A DNA stretch of 64,000 nt from positions 86,064-150,063 of the forward strand of contig CBFCZY010000003.1 in the NCBI GenBank assembly GCA_965602905.1, written 5' to 3'. Below the pieces are notes generated by a model. It was not told the origin of the DNA. It saw nothing but the letters and a program-made list of their open reading frames with translations, and ran no database searches. Both the position numbers and the translations under genes were made by a program. This DNA comes from an uncultured bacterium (GTDB lineage Bacteria; SAR324; XYD2-FULL-50-16). Positions 49,277 through 58,406 of the stretch are shown one piece after another (within the stretch, counting starts at the first letter, position 1; every line of letters starts with the position of its first letter).

Positions 49277-51655
49277 TTAGACCTGTGCCTTTTTGATTAC
49301 TACAGCCCAATGACCATCGTCGGCCTGTTCTTGGCTTAAGATTTCATGACCCTCCAACTCAACGGAGCCTGGAACGTTTGCAATGGGTTCCCCGTCATCG
49401 AGTAAAATTTCTAAAATTTCACCTACTTTCATCGGGTCCAGTGCAATTTTTGTTTTCACAAAGTTCATCGGGCATTTTACGTCCCTAAAGTCTTTATAGA
49501 CAGCTCTTTGTTCCAAACTTACAGCAGTACCTTCACTAATGGCTTCTTCCTCTTCTTGGTTCTGGATGAGGTCATCCAAATGAAAGCGGAGGCTATCGTC
49601 CATGCTGTGATACAGATCTAGCATTAATTTTGCTAAGTCCAAAGCTGGCTGCAATTGGCCAGATACCTTATGATCAGAAGCGCTTAAAGCCGACTCAACC
49701 AATGATTGGAAGTCCTTTGAAACAATGCGACCGCCGATGAAGTCTTTAATAAAGGCTTCAAATACTTGGGTGTCGCTTTCCGCTTCAATTCCTTGGGTTA
49801 CGAGCAAGGACCGAGAAGCATGGAGGGTTAAGCGGTAAGCTGCTATGTCCTCTGGAATTTCTTTAACTTCCAAAGCCTTCTGGATGCTTCTGATTTCAGT
49901 GAAATCATAATCAATCATATCGTATAGGCCAGCGGAGCATTCTGCCTTCTTACCCTTGAGTAGGCTAAACCTGCTGTCATCAGACCAGTCATGGTAATAG
50001 TCGGCATTAGCATCTAACTCAGGCATTGCCTTGTCATACTTTTGAGCCAATTCTTTGATCATAAAGAAGGCAGGCTCACTTTTTAAATATTCTCTAAAAT
50101 CGCCCAACTCAGCTTTGTTGGCTTTGTAGTGCTCAAAGAAATCACCAACTAAAGCGGGGATATCCTTGGCCGCAGCCGTTGCTGCCCTTGCTGCCGTTTC
50201 AGTAGTACCGTCACCTAAGTGACCACCAAGCTGAATGACATAGGCTGGGTAAAGATGCTGGTTGCGCTTTAGTGCCTTGCCGAAAAAACCAATGTCAGCG
50301 ACATGGTTATTGGAGCAAGCGTTTGGGCAACCTGAAACATTAAAACTAATTCCAGCAAATTCTTCTGTATCTAAGTTTCTTTTGATCAACTCTGTCTGCA
50401 CAGCCTCAGTTAAAGGTCGGGCTAACGTTACCCCAAGAGTACAGTTGGCGGCACCAGTACAGGCGATCATGCTTCCAAAAAAGACAGGTTCAAAAGCGCC
50501 TGTGTCTAGGGTCTTTAAAAAATTAAATACATTGCCTAGGTATTCTGCTGGGATGTTTCTCAAGTTAAAGTTTTGGTCAGGGCTCAGGCGAATTACATTT
50601 TCACCAAAGTCCTTTAAAAACTCACCCATTTTTTTAGCATCGGAATTTTTTAAGATACCAAACTTTAAAGGGATACGAACTTGAGATAGTCCCTCTTGTT
50701 TTTGACCCTTTACATATCTTTGTTTCCACAGATTAAAGGCTTCTAAATCACTCGCTTCTTCAACTTTAACTGCCGCTGATACTTGGGCCTCATTTGGGAA
50801 ATCAGACAAGTCTAATTCTAGGTCTCGATCCTGTTGGAGCAGGGCGTAGTATTTGTAAAAGAGAGCCGTAAAGTCTTCTTGGCCCATGCGTTCTACAAGC
50901 CATTTTATCTTGGCTCTATTGCGTTGTTTCCTGTTTCCATTTTCGTCAAAAAGAACCTTGATGGCCTTGGCTACATAATAGACTCGGTGCTCAGGGACAA
51001 AGTCCAACAAGACTTTACCATACTTAATGGCTGAGCCCGTACCGCCACCGACATAGACCTTAAAGCCCTTTTTTCCATCTTGGATTTTTGCAAGGAAACC
51101 TAAGCAGGTTAGGGTGGCCTTTGCCGAGTCGTTCTTATTGGCAGAAAAACTGATCTTCAGCTTTCGGGGCATGTTATAGGAATCTGCTTCTGCGATGAAT
51201 CTAGTGGTTAGCGCCATGGCGTAGGGAGCTACGTCAAAAACATCGTCAGGGTTCACGCCTGAGTCATAAGATACAGACATGTTTCTGGTAGTGTTTCCAC
51301 CGCCAGCTCGACCTGAAAGGCCAACAGATTTGAGTTCATTGGTGACTGTGATCAAGTCTTCCAACTTTAAATAAGAAAGTTGGAATTCCTGTCTCGTCGT
51401 GGCGTGAAGGCGGTCGCATGCAAATTTCTCAGATACCTCAGCAATTTTGACAAGTTGGGCAGGGGTCATAGCGCCTTGGGTGGCCCTTGCTCTCATCATA
51501 AAGGTTCCAGATTCTCTCTGCTCATAGATTCCGTGTGCAACACGAATGGCTTTGAACTTAGGTGGGGCAATTTTGCCCTGGTTAAAATCTGCAATTTGCT
51601 CTTTAAACTTGGCTATGTCTTGGTCCAAAGTTTCTGGTAGCTGGTAAAAATTCAT
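49277..51655 (-). CDS. assimilatory sulfite reductase hemoprotein (siroheme/4Fe-4S) fused to an unassigned middle domain and a C-terminal TusA-like domain
   Basis: Siroheme/Fe-S Cys motifs CTGAANC and SGCPNAC. The C-terminal 70 aa (DVKCPMNFVKTKIAL...GHEIL...VVIKK) resemble TusA. 792 aa. Confidence 0.85.
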   Translation of the reverse strand: MNFYQLPETLDQDIAKFKEQIADFNQGKIAPPKFKAIRVAHGIYEQRESGTFMMRARATQGAMTPAQLVKIAEVSEKFACDRLHATTRQEFQLSYLKLEDLITVTNELKSVGLSGRAGGGNTTRNMSVSYDSGVNPDDVFDVAPYAMALTTRFIAEADSYNMPRKLKISFSANKNDSAKATLTCLGFLAKIQDGKKGFKVYVGGGTGSAIKYGKVLLDFVPEHRVYYVAKAIKVLFDENGNRKQRNRAKIKWLVERMGQEDFTALFYKYYALLQQDRDLELDLSDFPNEAQVSAAVKVEEASDLEAFNLWKQRYVKGQKQEGLSQVRIPLKFGILKNSDAKKMGEFLKDFGENVIRLSPDQNFNLRNIPAEYLGNVFNFLKTLDTGAFEPVFFGSMIACTGAANCTLGVTLARPLTEAVQTELIKRNLDTEEFAGISFNVSGCPNACSNNHVADIGFFGKALKRNQHLYPAYVIQLGGHLGDGTTETAARAATAAAKDIPALVGDFFEHYKANKAELGDFREYLKSEPAFFMIKELAQKYDKAMPELDANADYYHDWSDDSRFSLLKGKKAECSAGLYDMIDYDFTEIRSIQKALEVKEIPEDIAAYRLTLHASRSLLVTQGIEAESDTQVFEAFIKDFIGGRIVSKDFQSLVESALSASDHKVSGQLQPALDLAKLMLDLYHSMDDSLRFHLDDLIQNQEEEEAISEGTAVSLEQRAVYKDFRDVKCPMNFVKTKIALDPMKVGEILEILLDDGEPIANVPGSVELEGHEILSQEQADDGHWAVVIKKAQV

Positions 51656-51664
51656 GCCTTTCCT

Positions 51665-52057
51665 TTAAATTATAGTGAACTCCTCTGGAGTCACTTTTTC
51701 AGATGCGATTTTAAAACTTTTTGCATAGGGAGTCTCCTCTGCAAAAGAGATAATTACATATGAAATTGTAGGGTCGTAAGCTAGAGCAATATCTTCGATA
51801 CTGGGCCTAGCTGGTGTTTCTGGGTGGCTGTGGTAAACAGCCGCTACTTGGTAGCCTGCGTCTCTAATGGCGCGAACAGTATTAAACTGCTCTTTTGGGT
51901 CCATGGAGTAATGTTCTGGACTTTGGTCCGTATTATAAAGCTCGTAGTGAGCGATAACAACTCCATCTTTGGATGCCAGATAGCCACAACACTCGTTGGG
52001 CAGCTCTTTTGCCCCTTGGGCAATTATGGCATCAACCACTTCCTTTTTTATGTCCAT
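51665..52057 (-). CDS. JAMM/MPN+ metalloprotease (Mec+/HcyD/QbsD-like)
   Basis: E..CG and HSHPETPARPSIED JAMM motif. 130 aa. Confidence 0.8.
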   Translation of the reverse strand: MDIKKEVVDAIIAQGAKELPNECCGYLASKDGVVIAHYELYNTDQSPEHYSMDPKEQFNTVRAIRDAGYQVAAVYHSHPETPARPSIEDIALAYDPTISYVIISFAEETPYAKSFKIASEKVTPEEFTII

Positions 52058-52872
52058 TAGTGCTTTGCTGTAATATCACAAAGAGGCATTTCCGCTTCTT
52101 CTAATTCTGTGATAATAGGGTTAGCGCCACAAATGGGGCAATCATCCTGCTTCTTTAACTTGATCTTACGAAATTCCATTTCTTTGGCTTCGAAGGTCAA
52201 TAGGGAATTGGTAAGGGGCGTGCCCACACCTGTAATCCACTTTAATGCTTCGGCAGCTTGCATGGTTCCTAGCATTCCTGCGATTGCGCCCAAGACACCT
52301 GCTTGTGAACAAGTAGGAACAGCGTTGGCTGGAGGTGGCTCACGGAAAACACATCTGTAACAGGCAGATTCACCAGGGATAACCGTCATGGTCTGGCCCG
52401 TAAAGCGTAAAATTCCACCGTGACTGTAAGGCTTGTTTTCCATTACACAGGCATCGTTGATCAAGAATTTAGTCCCAAAGTTATCTGTTCCATCAACAAT
52501 AAAGTCGTAAGGAGCAATGATCTCTTTGATGTTTTTGTGATCCAAGTAAGTCTGGTAAGTCTCCACCTTCACGTCTGTGTTAATGGCTTCCATTTTTTCT
52601 TTCGCAGAATCCACCTTCAATTTATCCACATCCTTAGTAAAATGGATGATCTGTCGTTGTAGGTTGGAAAGGTCGACCACATCGTTATCCACAATGCCAA
52701 TTGTCCCAACACCTGCTGCTGCAAGATATAATGCGATAGGTGCGCCGAGGCCACCTGCACCAATGATTAGAACCTTTGATTCTAAAAGCTTGCTTTGGCC
52801 CTTAACACCAACATCCTTTAAGATGATGTGCCTTGAGTAGCGTTCTAGTTGTTCTTCTGTAAAATCTATCAT
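52057..52872 (-). CDS. ThiF/MoeB-family E1-like adenylyltransferase (no rhodanese domain)
   Basis: Nucleotide-binding motif GAGGLGAP and Zn-ribbon Cys pairs CYRC and CPICG. Confidence 0.8.
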   Translation of the reverse strand: MIDFTEEQLERYSRHIILKDVGVKGQSKLLESKVLIIGAGGLGAPIALYLAAAGVGTIGIVDNDVVDLSNLQRQIIHFTKDVDKLKVDSAKEKMEAINTDVKVETYQTYLDHKNIKEIIAPYDFIVDGTDNFGTKFLINDACVMENKPYSHGGILRFTGQTMTVIPGESACYRCVFREPPPANAVPTCSQAGVLGAIAGMLGTMQAAEALKWITGVGTPLTNSLLTFEAKEMEFRKIKLKKQDDCPICGANPIITELEEAEMPLCDITAKH

Positions 52873-54101
52873 AATGTCTCCAGTGCCTTTGCAATGTCTT
52901 CTTGTAAATCAATAAAGTCTTCAATCCCTACACTCAAACGGAGTAATGTGTCGGGAACGCCCATTTCAGCCTTCTTCTCTGGTGAATACTCACAGAAAAT
53001 GGTTGAAGCTGGGTGAATGATCATTGATTTATTATCGTTTAAGTTTGTGGTGCGCTTGATTAATGTCAAGGCATCCATAAATTGATAACACTCCTCTTGG
53101 GAGTTTAAATTTAATGTCAGTATTCCACCAAACCCATTTGGAAATTGCTCTTTGGCAATTTCGTGGTGGGGGCAGGATTTTAATCCAGGGTAGTTTACAT
53201 GAGCCACTTTTGGGTGGTCTTCAAGGTATTCTGCTAAGCTTTGAGCATTGTTGCAACTGGCTTTAATGCGAAGGCTTAAAGTTTCTAAACCTAAAGCTTG
53301 CTGCGCCGCACTGTGGGGGCTTAAGCATGCGCCTAAATTTCGATAAACCTGGGTTCTTAATGTAGCCATTAAAGCCATAGGCCCCATTTTTCGGGCCTTG
53401 TCAGCTAGCTTAACAGAAGTCTTCCAATCAAAGTTTCCATTGTCGATAATCACACCACCAACGGAAGTTGCCCCGCCAGACATATATTTGGTCGAGCTGA
53501 TAATTTCCACATTTACCCCATGCTCCTTTGAGTTAAAAAGGTAGGGTGTGGTGACGGTACAGTCTGCTGCAAAGGGTACCCCTGCGGCTTTGGTGATTTC
53601 AGCAATTTTCTTGATGTCCACCACTTCCAACTGGGGATTGGTGATGTTCTCGCAAAAAACTAATCTTGTATTTTCATCAATGGCAGCCTTAACTTCTTCA
53701 GTGTTGGTCATATCCACATATTTTACATCGAGGCCCCAAGGTTTTAGGCTGTGCTCAAATAAGCTTACCGTATTTCCAAAAAGATTCTTCGAAGTTACTA
53801 CGTTGGTGCCGGTTTCGCATAAGGTCATAACCAAATTTGAAATGGCAGCCATGCCACTTGAAAGTGCCAACACGGCAAATGAGCCGCTAATGAGCCTTAC
53901 CTTTTGTTCAAAGTCTTCTACAGTGGGGTTGCTGATTCTGGTGTAGGCATGGGCAGGTTTTTTACCTTCAAAGGCCAGTTGCAGGTCACGAGAAGTTCCC
54001 AGTTCAAAGGATACCGTTTCATAGACAGGTACACGGAGTGCCCCATGTACATCTTGTTTGAAACGTATTCCGTGGATTGCCTTAGTGTTAAAGCCTTTCA
54101 T
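52869..54101 (-). CDS. metY: O-acetylhomoserine sulfhydrylase-family PLP enzyme
   Basis: Cys/Met-metabolism PLP fold with the STKYMSGG lysine block. 410 aa. Confidence 0.8.
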   Translation of the reverse strand: MKGFNTKAIHGIRFKQDVHGALRVPVYETVSFELGTSRDLQLAFEGKKPAHAYTRISNPTVEDFEQKVRLISGSFAVLALSSGMAAISNLVMTLCETGTNVVTSKNLFGNTVSLFEHSLKPWGLDVKYVDMTNTEEVKAAIDENTRLVFCENITNPQLEVVDIKKIAEITKAAGVPFAADCTVTTPYLFNSKEHGVNVEIISSTKYMSGGATSVGGVIIDNGNFDWKTSVKLADKARKMGPMALMATLRTQVYRNLGACLSPHSAAQQALGLETLSLRIKASCNNAQSLAEYLEDHPKVAHVNYPGLKSCPHHEIAKEQFPNGFGGILTLNLNSQEECYQFMDALTLIKRTTNLNDNKSMIIHPASTIFCEYSPEKKAEMGVPDTLLRLSVGIEDFIDLQEDIAKALETL

Positions 54102-54130
54102 GTGATTACCAGAGTCTTGATTGTTCTAAA

Positions 54131-54340
54131 TTATTTACTACCACCACCCATGAAGTATAAAAAGTCTACTTCACTGCCAGCTGCTAGAGTGGTTGATTCA
54201 TAGGCATCCTTGTCAACGAATTCGCCGTTCAGTTGAACCGAAACCATCTCAGGATTGTCTACATTATTTTCTGTTAAAAGTTGAGCGATGTTCATGCCTT
54301 CTGTGATTGATTTGGCTTCGCCGTTTACTTTAATGTCCAT
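54131..54340 (-). CDS. ThiS/MoaD-like sulfur carrier protein with a C-terminal GG-GSK extension
   Basis: 69 aa. IKVNGE...LNGEFV...GSEVDFLYFMGGGSK. The beta-grasp pattern matches ThiS, and the Gly-Gly is followed by three extra residues. Confidence 0.7.
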   Translation of the reverse strand: MDIKVNGEAKSITEGMNIAQLLTENNVDNPEMVSVQLNGEFVDKDAYESTTLAAGSEVDFLYFMGGGSK

Positions 54341-54616
54341 TGTTTCTCCTAGTCTTTACCTGATAAAGTTGATCAAGTTAGTCAAGTTATAAAAGATATG
54401 GCCTGAATTGTCAAGCCGTAATCCCCATACGTAGGGATGTAGAAAATATAACTCGTTGCAAAAAAAAAGGCTAGACCTTTAAGATTCAAGGAGATTTAAA
54501 GAAAAAAGAAATGGAATCAGGGAAGGACTTTCGGGAAGTTTTCTGTAACTTTAGTAGTTAATACTACCAAAGCTAAAGAGGGTGTGCCTGAGAGGCTACA
54601 CCAAGAAGAGCAAAAT

Positions 54617-55033
54617 TTAGATGTGATACATCACTGTTTCTTGGAGTTTTTGCTGCTCTAAAATCAAGTCGGCTAAAGAAATTTCTAGGTCGTGTTTTAG
54701 CGTCTTTTCCATCTTTTCAAAGAGGTTATAAATGGCATCCACTTCTCGCTCTGTGCCAGAGGTTAGCTGGATTCCACCTTCTAAAACTTCGATCAGCTCT
54801 AAAATAGTCAAGTTATTTGGGTCTTTTGCTAGTTTATACCCGCCCTTTTTCCCTCTTACCGAGTTGACTACTCCAGCATTCACAAGACGGTTGAAAATCT
54901 GCTCTAAATATTGCCGAGGAATTTGTTTCTGCTGGGCAATTTCTTTAATTTGAATGAGACCACGCCCATAATGTTCGCCTAAGGCGAGTACGGCCTTGAT
55001 TCCATATTTACATTTTGCACTAATAGATAACAT
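54617..55033 (-). CDS. Rrf2-family transcriptional regulator (CymR-like, no Fe-S cysteine triad)
   Basis: wHTH IKEIAQQKQIPRQYLEQIFNRL. The only Cys is at position 8. Confidence 0.75.
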   Translation of the reverse strand: MLSISAKCKYGIKAVLALGEHYGRGLIQIKEIAQQKQIPRQYLEQIFNRLVNAGVVNSVRGKKGGYKLAKDPNNLTILELIEVLEGGIQLTSGTEREVDAIYNLFEKMEKTLKHDLEISLADLILEQQKLQETVMYHI

Positions 55034-55036
55034 AAT

Positions 55037-55495
55037 TTACCTTCTTGCAGTGGCTGCATCTTTAAGTTCTTTCCCTTTGGCCCAAGAGCGTTTTTCTTCT
55101 TCTGTTTCAACCAAAAGGGGAGGGATTGGTTGAGGCTTGCTATTTTCGTCAACGGCCACAAAGGTAAAGAAACCTGTGTTGGCTAACCTGCGTACATTAT
55201 TTTCATGTACAGCAGTGCGGTAGACCTGCACCCTGACGACCATACTACTTCGCCCAGTGTAAATTACTTGTCCCTGGAAATCTAAAAAATCACCAACAAC
55301 AGGTGAAATTGCAAAGTCTAAAGCCTCTACGCTAGCTGTAACAGCGGCCATTTTGGCGTACTGAAAAGCAGAGTAATAGGCTGTTTTATCCATCCATGAC
55401 ATTAATTGACCACCAAATAGAGTGCCGTGGTGGTTAATATCAGCAGGGAAGATCACTTCGATGTTGCTGAGGACTTCTGATTTTTGATATTTCAT
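55037..55495 (-). CDS. acyl-CoA thioesterase (hotdog fold, YciA-like)
   Basis: FPADINHHGTLFGGQLMSWMD motif. Confidence 0.75.
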   Translation of the reverse strand: MKYQKSEVLSNIEVIFPADINHHGTLFGGQLMSWMDKTAYYSAFQYAKMAAVTASVEALDFAISPVVGDFLDFQGQVIYTGRSSMVVRVQVYRTAVHENNVRRLANTGFFTFVAVDENSKPQPIPPLLVETEEEKRSWAKGKELKDAATARR

Positions 55496-55559
55496 AAGGA
55501 CCTTTATTTTCTTCTATTGTAGAGTTGTTTTTAATTTTATGCCAGTTTTACTTTGTAAG

Positions 55560-56999
55560 TTAAGATACAAGCTGATTTTTTACCATTTGGATGCACTTTT
55601 CCTTACCAAAAATTTCGACAACGTTAGCCAACTCGGGGCCATGTTCTGTAAGGGTAATGGCGATTCTCATAGGAATCCATAAGGACTTGCCCTTAATGCC
55701 TGTTTTTTTCTGGACTGCCTTCATGACAGGGAAAAAGTTTTCTGCCGTAAAGGTTTCTAAGTCAGAGGATTCTTCTAAAAAGGCCTTAAATACAATCTGA
55801 GGTTCTTCACCCTTAACCATTTCTTTTAAGGAGTCTTCGGTTAACTCAGGGGACTCGTTTAAAAACAATTCTAAAGGTGTTCCGATTTCGCTCAAGAGGT
55901 TTAACCCCTCTTGTACCAAGCTGACCATTTTCTCTAATACTTTTGGGTCTAGGGCTTTGGCTGTTTCAGGTAGGTAAGGCTGCAACATTACCATCAAGTC
56001 CTGGACCTGCAACTTTTGAATGTACTTTTGGTTCATCCAGAGTAATTTTTGCTGGTCAAATACGGAGCCAGCCTTGCCAATGCGTTCTACAGAAAACTCA
56101 GAAATTAATTCTTCCATAGAAAACATTTCTCGTTCATCGCCTGGGTTCCAACCGAGTAGAGCCACAAAGTTAATTAGGGCGTCAGGTAAGAATCCTTTTT
56201 TTCTATAGTCTTCTGTGGCAACGTCGCCTTGTCTTTTAGAAAGCTTACTGCGGTCAGCATTGAGCAACAGAGGCAGGTGGGAAAACTGCGGGATATCCCA
56301 ACCAAAGTACTCATAAAGCTGAATGTGTTTTGGTGTCGATGGTAACCACTCTTCACCTCGGATCACATGGGTGATTTTCATGAGGTGATCATCTACGACG
56401 CTTGCCAAATGGTAAGTTGGAAAGCCGTCAGTCTTTAGTATCACCTGATCGTCAATTTGGTTGGGCTTGAAGATGACTGTGCCACGAACCATGTCAGAGA
56501 CTTTATAGTCCCCTTTAGAATGGATGATTTTCATGCGGATCACGTGAGGCTCACCAGCGCTTAACCGAGCATCGCTTTCTTCTGACTTCAGCCTTCTACA
56601 ACGGCCGTCGTATCTGGTCGGTTGCTTGCGTTTAATTTGGTCTTCTCGCATAGCGTCCAACTCTTCTGATGAGCAAAAGCAGGGGTAAGCATTGCCATCT
56701 TCTACTAATTTTTCCACATGAGTTTTATATAGGTCTAATCTTTCCGACTGAACGTAAGGACCATAGTCGCCGCCTTGGGTTGGGCCTTCATCAAAGTTCA
56801 AACCTGCCCATTCCATGGAGCTTAAGAGGTTTTCTTCCGCCCCTTCCACTTTTCGTGCTTGGTCCGTATCTTCAAAGCGAAGAATTATTTTTCCCCCATT
56901 TGCCTTGGCAAAAAGGTAATTAAAAAGGGCTGTGCGAAGCCCACCAACATGAAGGTAACCTGTGGGGCTGGGTGCAAAACGAACTCGAATATCTGACAT
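55560..56999 (-). CDS. gltX: glutamate--tRNA ligase
   Basis: RFAPSPTGYLHVGG (HIGH-like) and KLSKR (KMSKS). Confidence 0.9.
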   Translation of the reverse strand: MSDIRVRFAPSPTGYLHVGGLRTALFNYLFAKANGGKIILRFEDTDQARKVEGAEENLLSSMEWAGLNFDEGPTQGGDYGPYVQSERLDLYKTHVEKLVEDGNAYPCFCSSEELDAMREDQIKRKQPTRYDGRCRRLKSEESDARLSAGEPHVIRMKIIHSKGDYKVSDMVRGTVIFKPNQIDDQVILKTDGFPTYHLASVVDDHLMKITHVIRGEEWLPSTPKHIQLYEYFGWDIPQFSHLPLLLNADRSKLSKRQGDVATEDYRKKGFLPDALINFVALLGWNPGDEREMFSMEELISEFSVERIGKAGSVFDQQKLLWMNQKYIQKLQVQDLMVMLQPYLPETAKALDPKVLEKMVSLVQEGLNLLSEIGTPLELFLNESPELTEDSLKEMVKGEEPQIVFKAFLEESSDLETFTAENFFPVMKAVQKKTGIKGKSLWIPMRIAITLTEHGPELANVVEIFGKEKCIQMVKNQLVS

Positions 57000-57205
57000 T
57001 TCTTCCTTAAAAAATCACCCATGAGGTGCTTTGTGGTTTAACTTTTGAATAACTCTATAAGAGAAAGCTTATGGGGATTAGCAAAAAAAATAAAGTTCCC
57101 ATTTTAAAAAGCTATAAAAACAAGTGATTAATGTCTTTAAACAAGTCGAATGCAAAGCAAAATTAGGCAACTCCGCCTATTTGTGACTGCTTCTGGAGGA
57201 AAAAA

Positions 57206-58222
57206 ATGCACCAATATTTAGAAATGGTTCGAAACGAAATCGAATCTGCCGCTGGACAAGAAAAATACTTAGCTAGTGCCCTTTTTCTCAAGGTATTTAG
57301 AGAAGTACCCTATGAGGATGACGGTGATTTTGAACTTACAGACAAAGCGGGATTCGAAGAAATTCAAAATCGTGTAACCAATATATTAAGGTCTCCTAGT
57401 GACTTTGACCCTAAAGAAGAGTTGCTTTCATGGCAGATTGCCGTGCTCCGTCAAATGGCGAGAGACTTCTATAACATCTGGGTGGACTATAAAGACGAGC
57501 GTTTTGGTGCAAGTGATATCTTTTCTGATGGTGAATCTTGCATGTCTTTAGAGGCTTCATTAGAAAAAATTAACGAAGATCCAACTGAAAACTATTCGGC
57601 TATCTTGGAAATTGAACAGACCTTAACTAAATTGGCTACCAGCCCAACTCAGTTTGTAACTGAGCTAGATAAATTTTGGTCTTTCAAGGGTGCCATCAGT
57701 TCTAAAGGGGATGGAGTTACAGCCTTTACGCAAAAGAGAATTGATTTAGAAAAGAATGGAACTATGATCGCTGCTGTTGTTCGTGGTATGAAAGAAGTTT
57801 CAAATAGATGTGAGCGAAATGCGAGACAGCTTCCCGGTGCTCACCATTTACTATGGATCAATGCTCATATTTTAGTTGAATCCTTCACCAATGCTTTTGA
57901 GTCCTTTTTGGAATTTGAATACTTGGATAATATTGAGCTATCTTTGCACCACTGGTTAGATACACTCTTTCCACAGCGCATGATTGCAAACTTGCCAAAC
58001 CCTTTGCACCAAAGCCCAACACATCACGGGATCATTGCTAATTTGACGCAAGCGACCCAGTGCATGGTGCAGTATGTTGCCCATGGCAATCAAGCTTTTG
58101 ACCAGAGAGATGAAATCATTGTCCCTCACGTCCTTGAAGCCTTAGAGCGAGTAAAAAGAATTTCTTTGAAGAATATCACGGCTTTGCAAAGACAAGAGAT
58201 GCAGACCAAAGCATTCTCTTAA
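57206..58222 (+). CDS. hypothetical protein (338 aa)
   Basis: Long ORF with no recognisable domain. Confidence 0.5.
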   Translation: MHQYLEMVRNEIESAAGQEKYLASALFLKVFREVPYEDDGDFELTDKAGFEEIQNRVTNILRSPSDFDPKEELLSWQIAVLRQMARDFYNIWVDYKDERFGASDIFSDGESCMSLEASLEKINEDPTENYSAILEIEQTLTKLATSPTQFVTELDKFWSFKGAISSKGDGVTAFTQKRIDLEKNGTMIAAVVRGMKEVSNRCERNARQLPGAHHLLWINAHILVESFTNAFESFLEFEYLDNIELSLHHWLDTLFPQRMIANLPNPLHQSPTHHGIIANLTQATQCMVQYVAHGNQAFDQRDEIIVPHVLEALERVKRISLKNITALQRQEMQTKAFS

Positions 58223-58406
58223 AAAAAAGAAAATTTCTTTAAAATAAATTCCTCTATAAGACTAAGACTATAGACTGGGGGGCCATATGTTCCCCTCTGT
58301 AGAGCAAGAAATTGTAGGCATCTAGGCTGTTTAGGCCTTTTTTGCTTTTCCCCTTTTTTTTGTTTAGAATCATCTTTTTAACCGACTTTACACCCCCCCA
58401 ATACCC

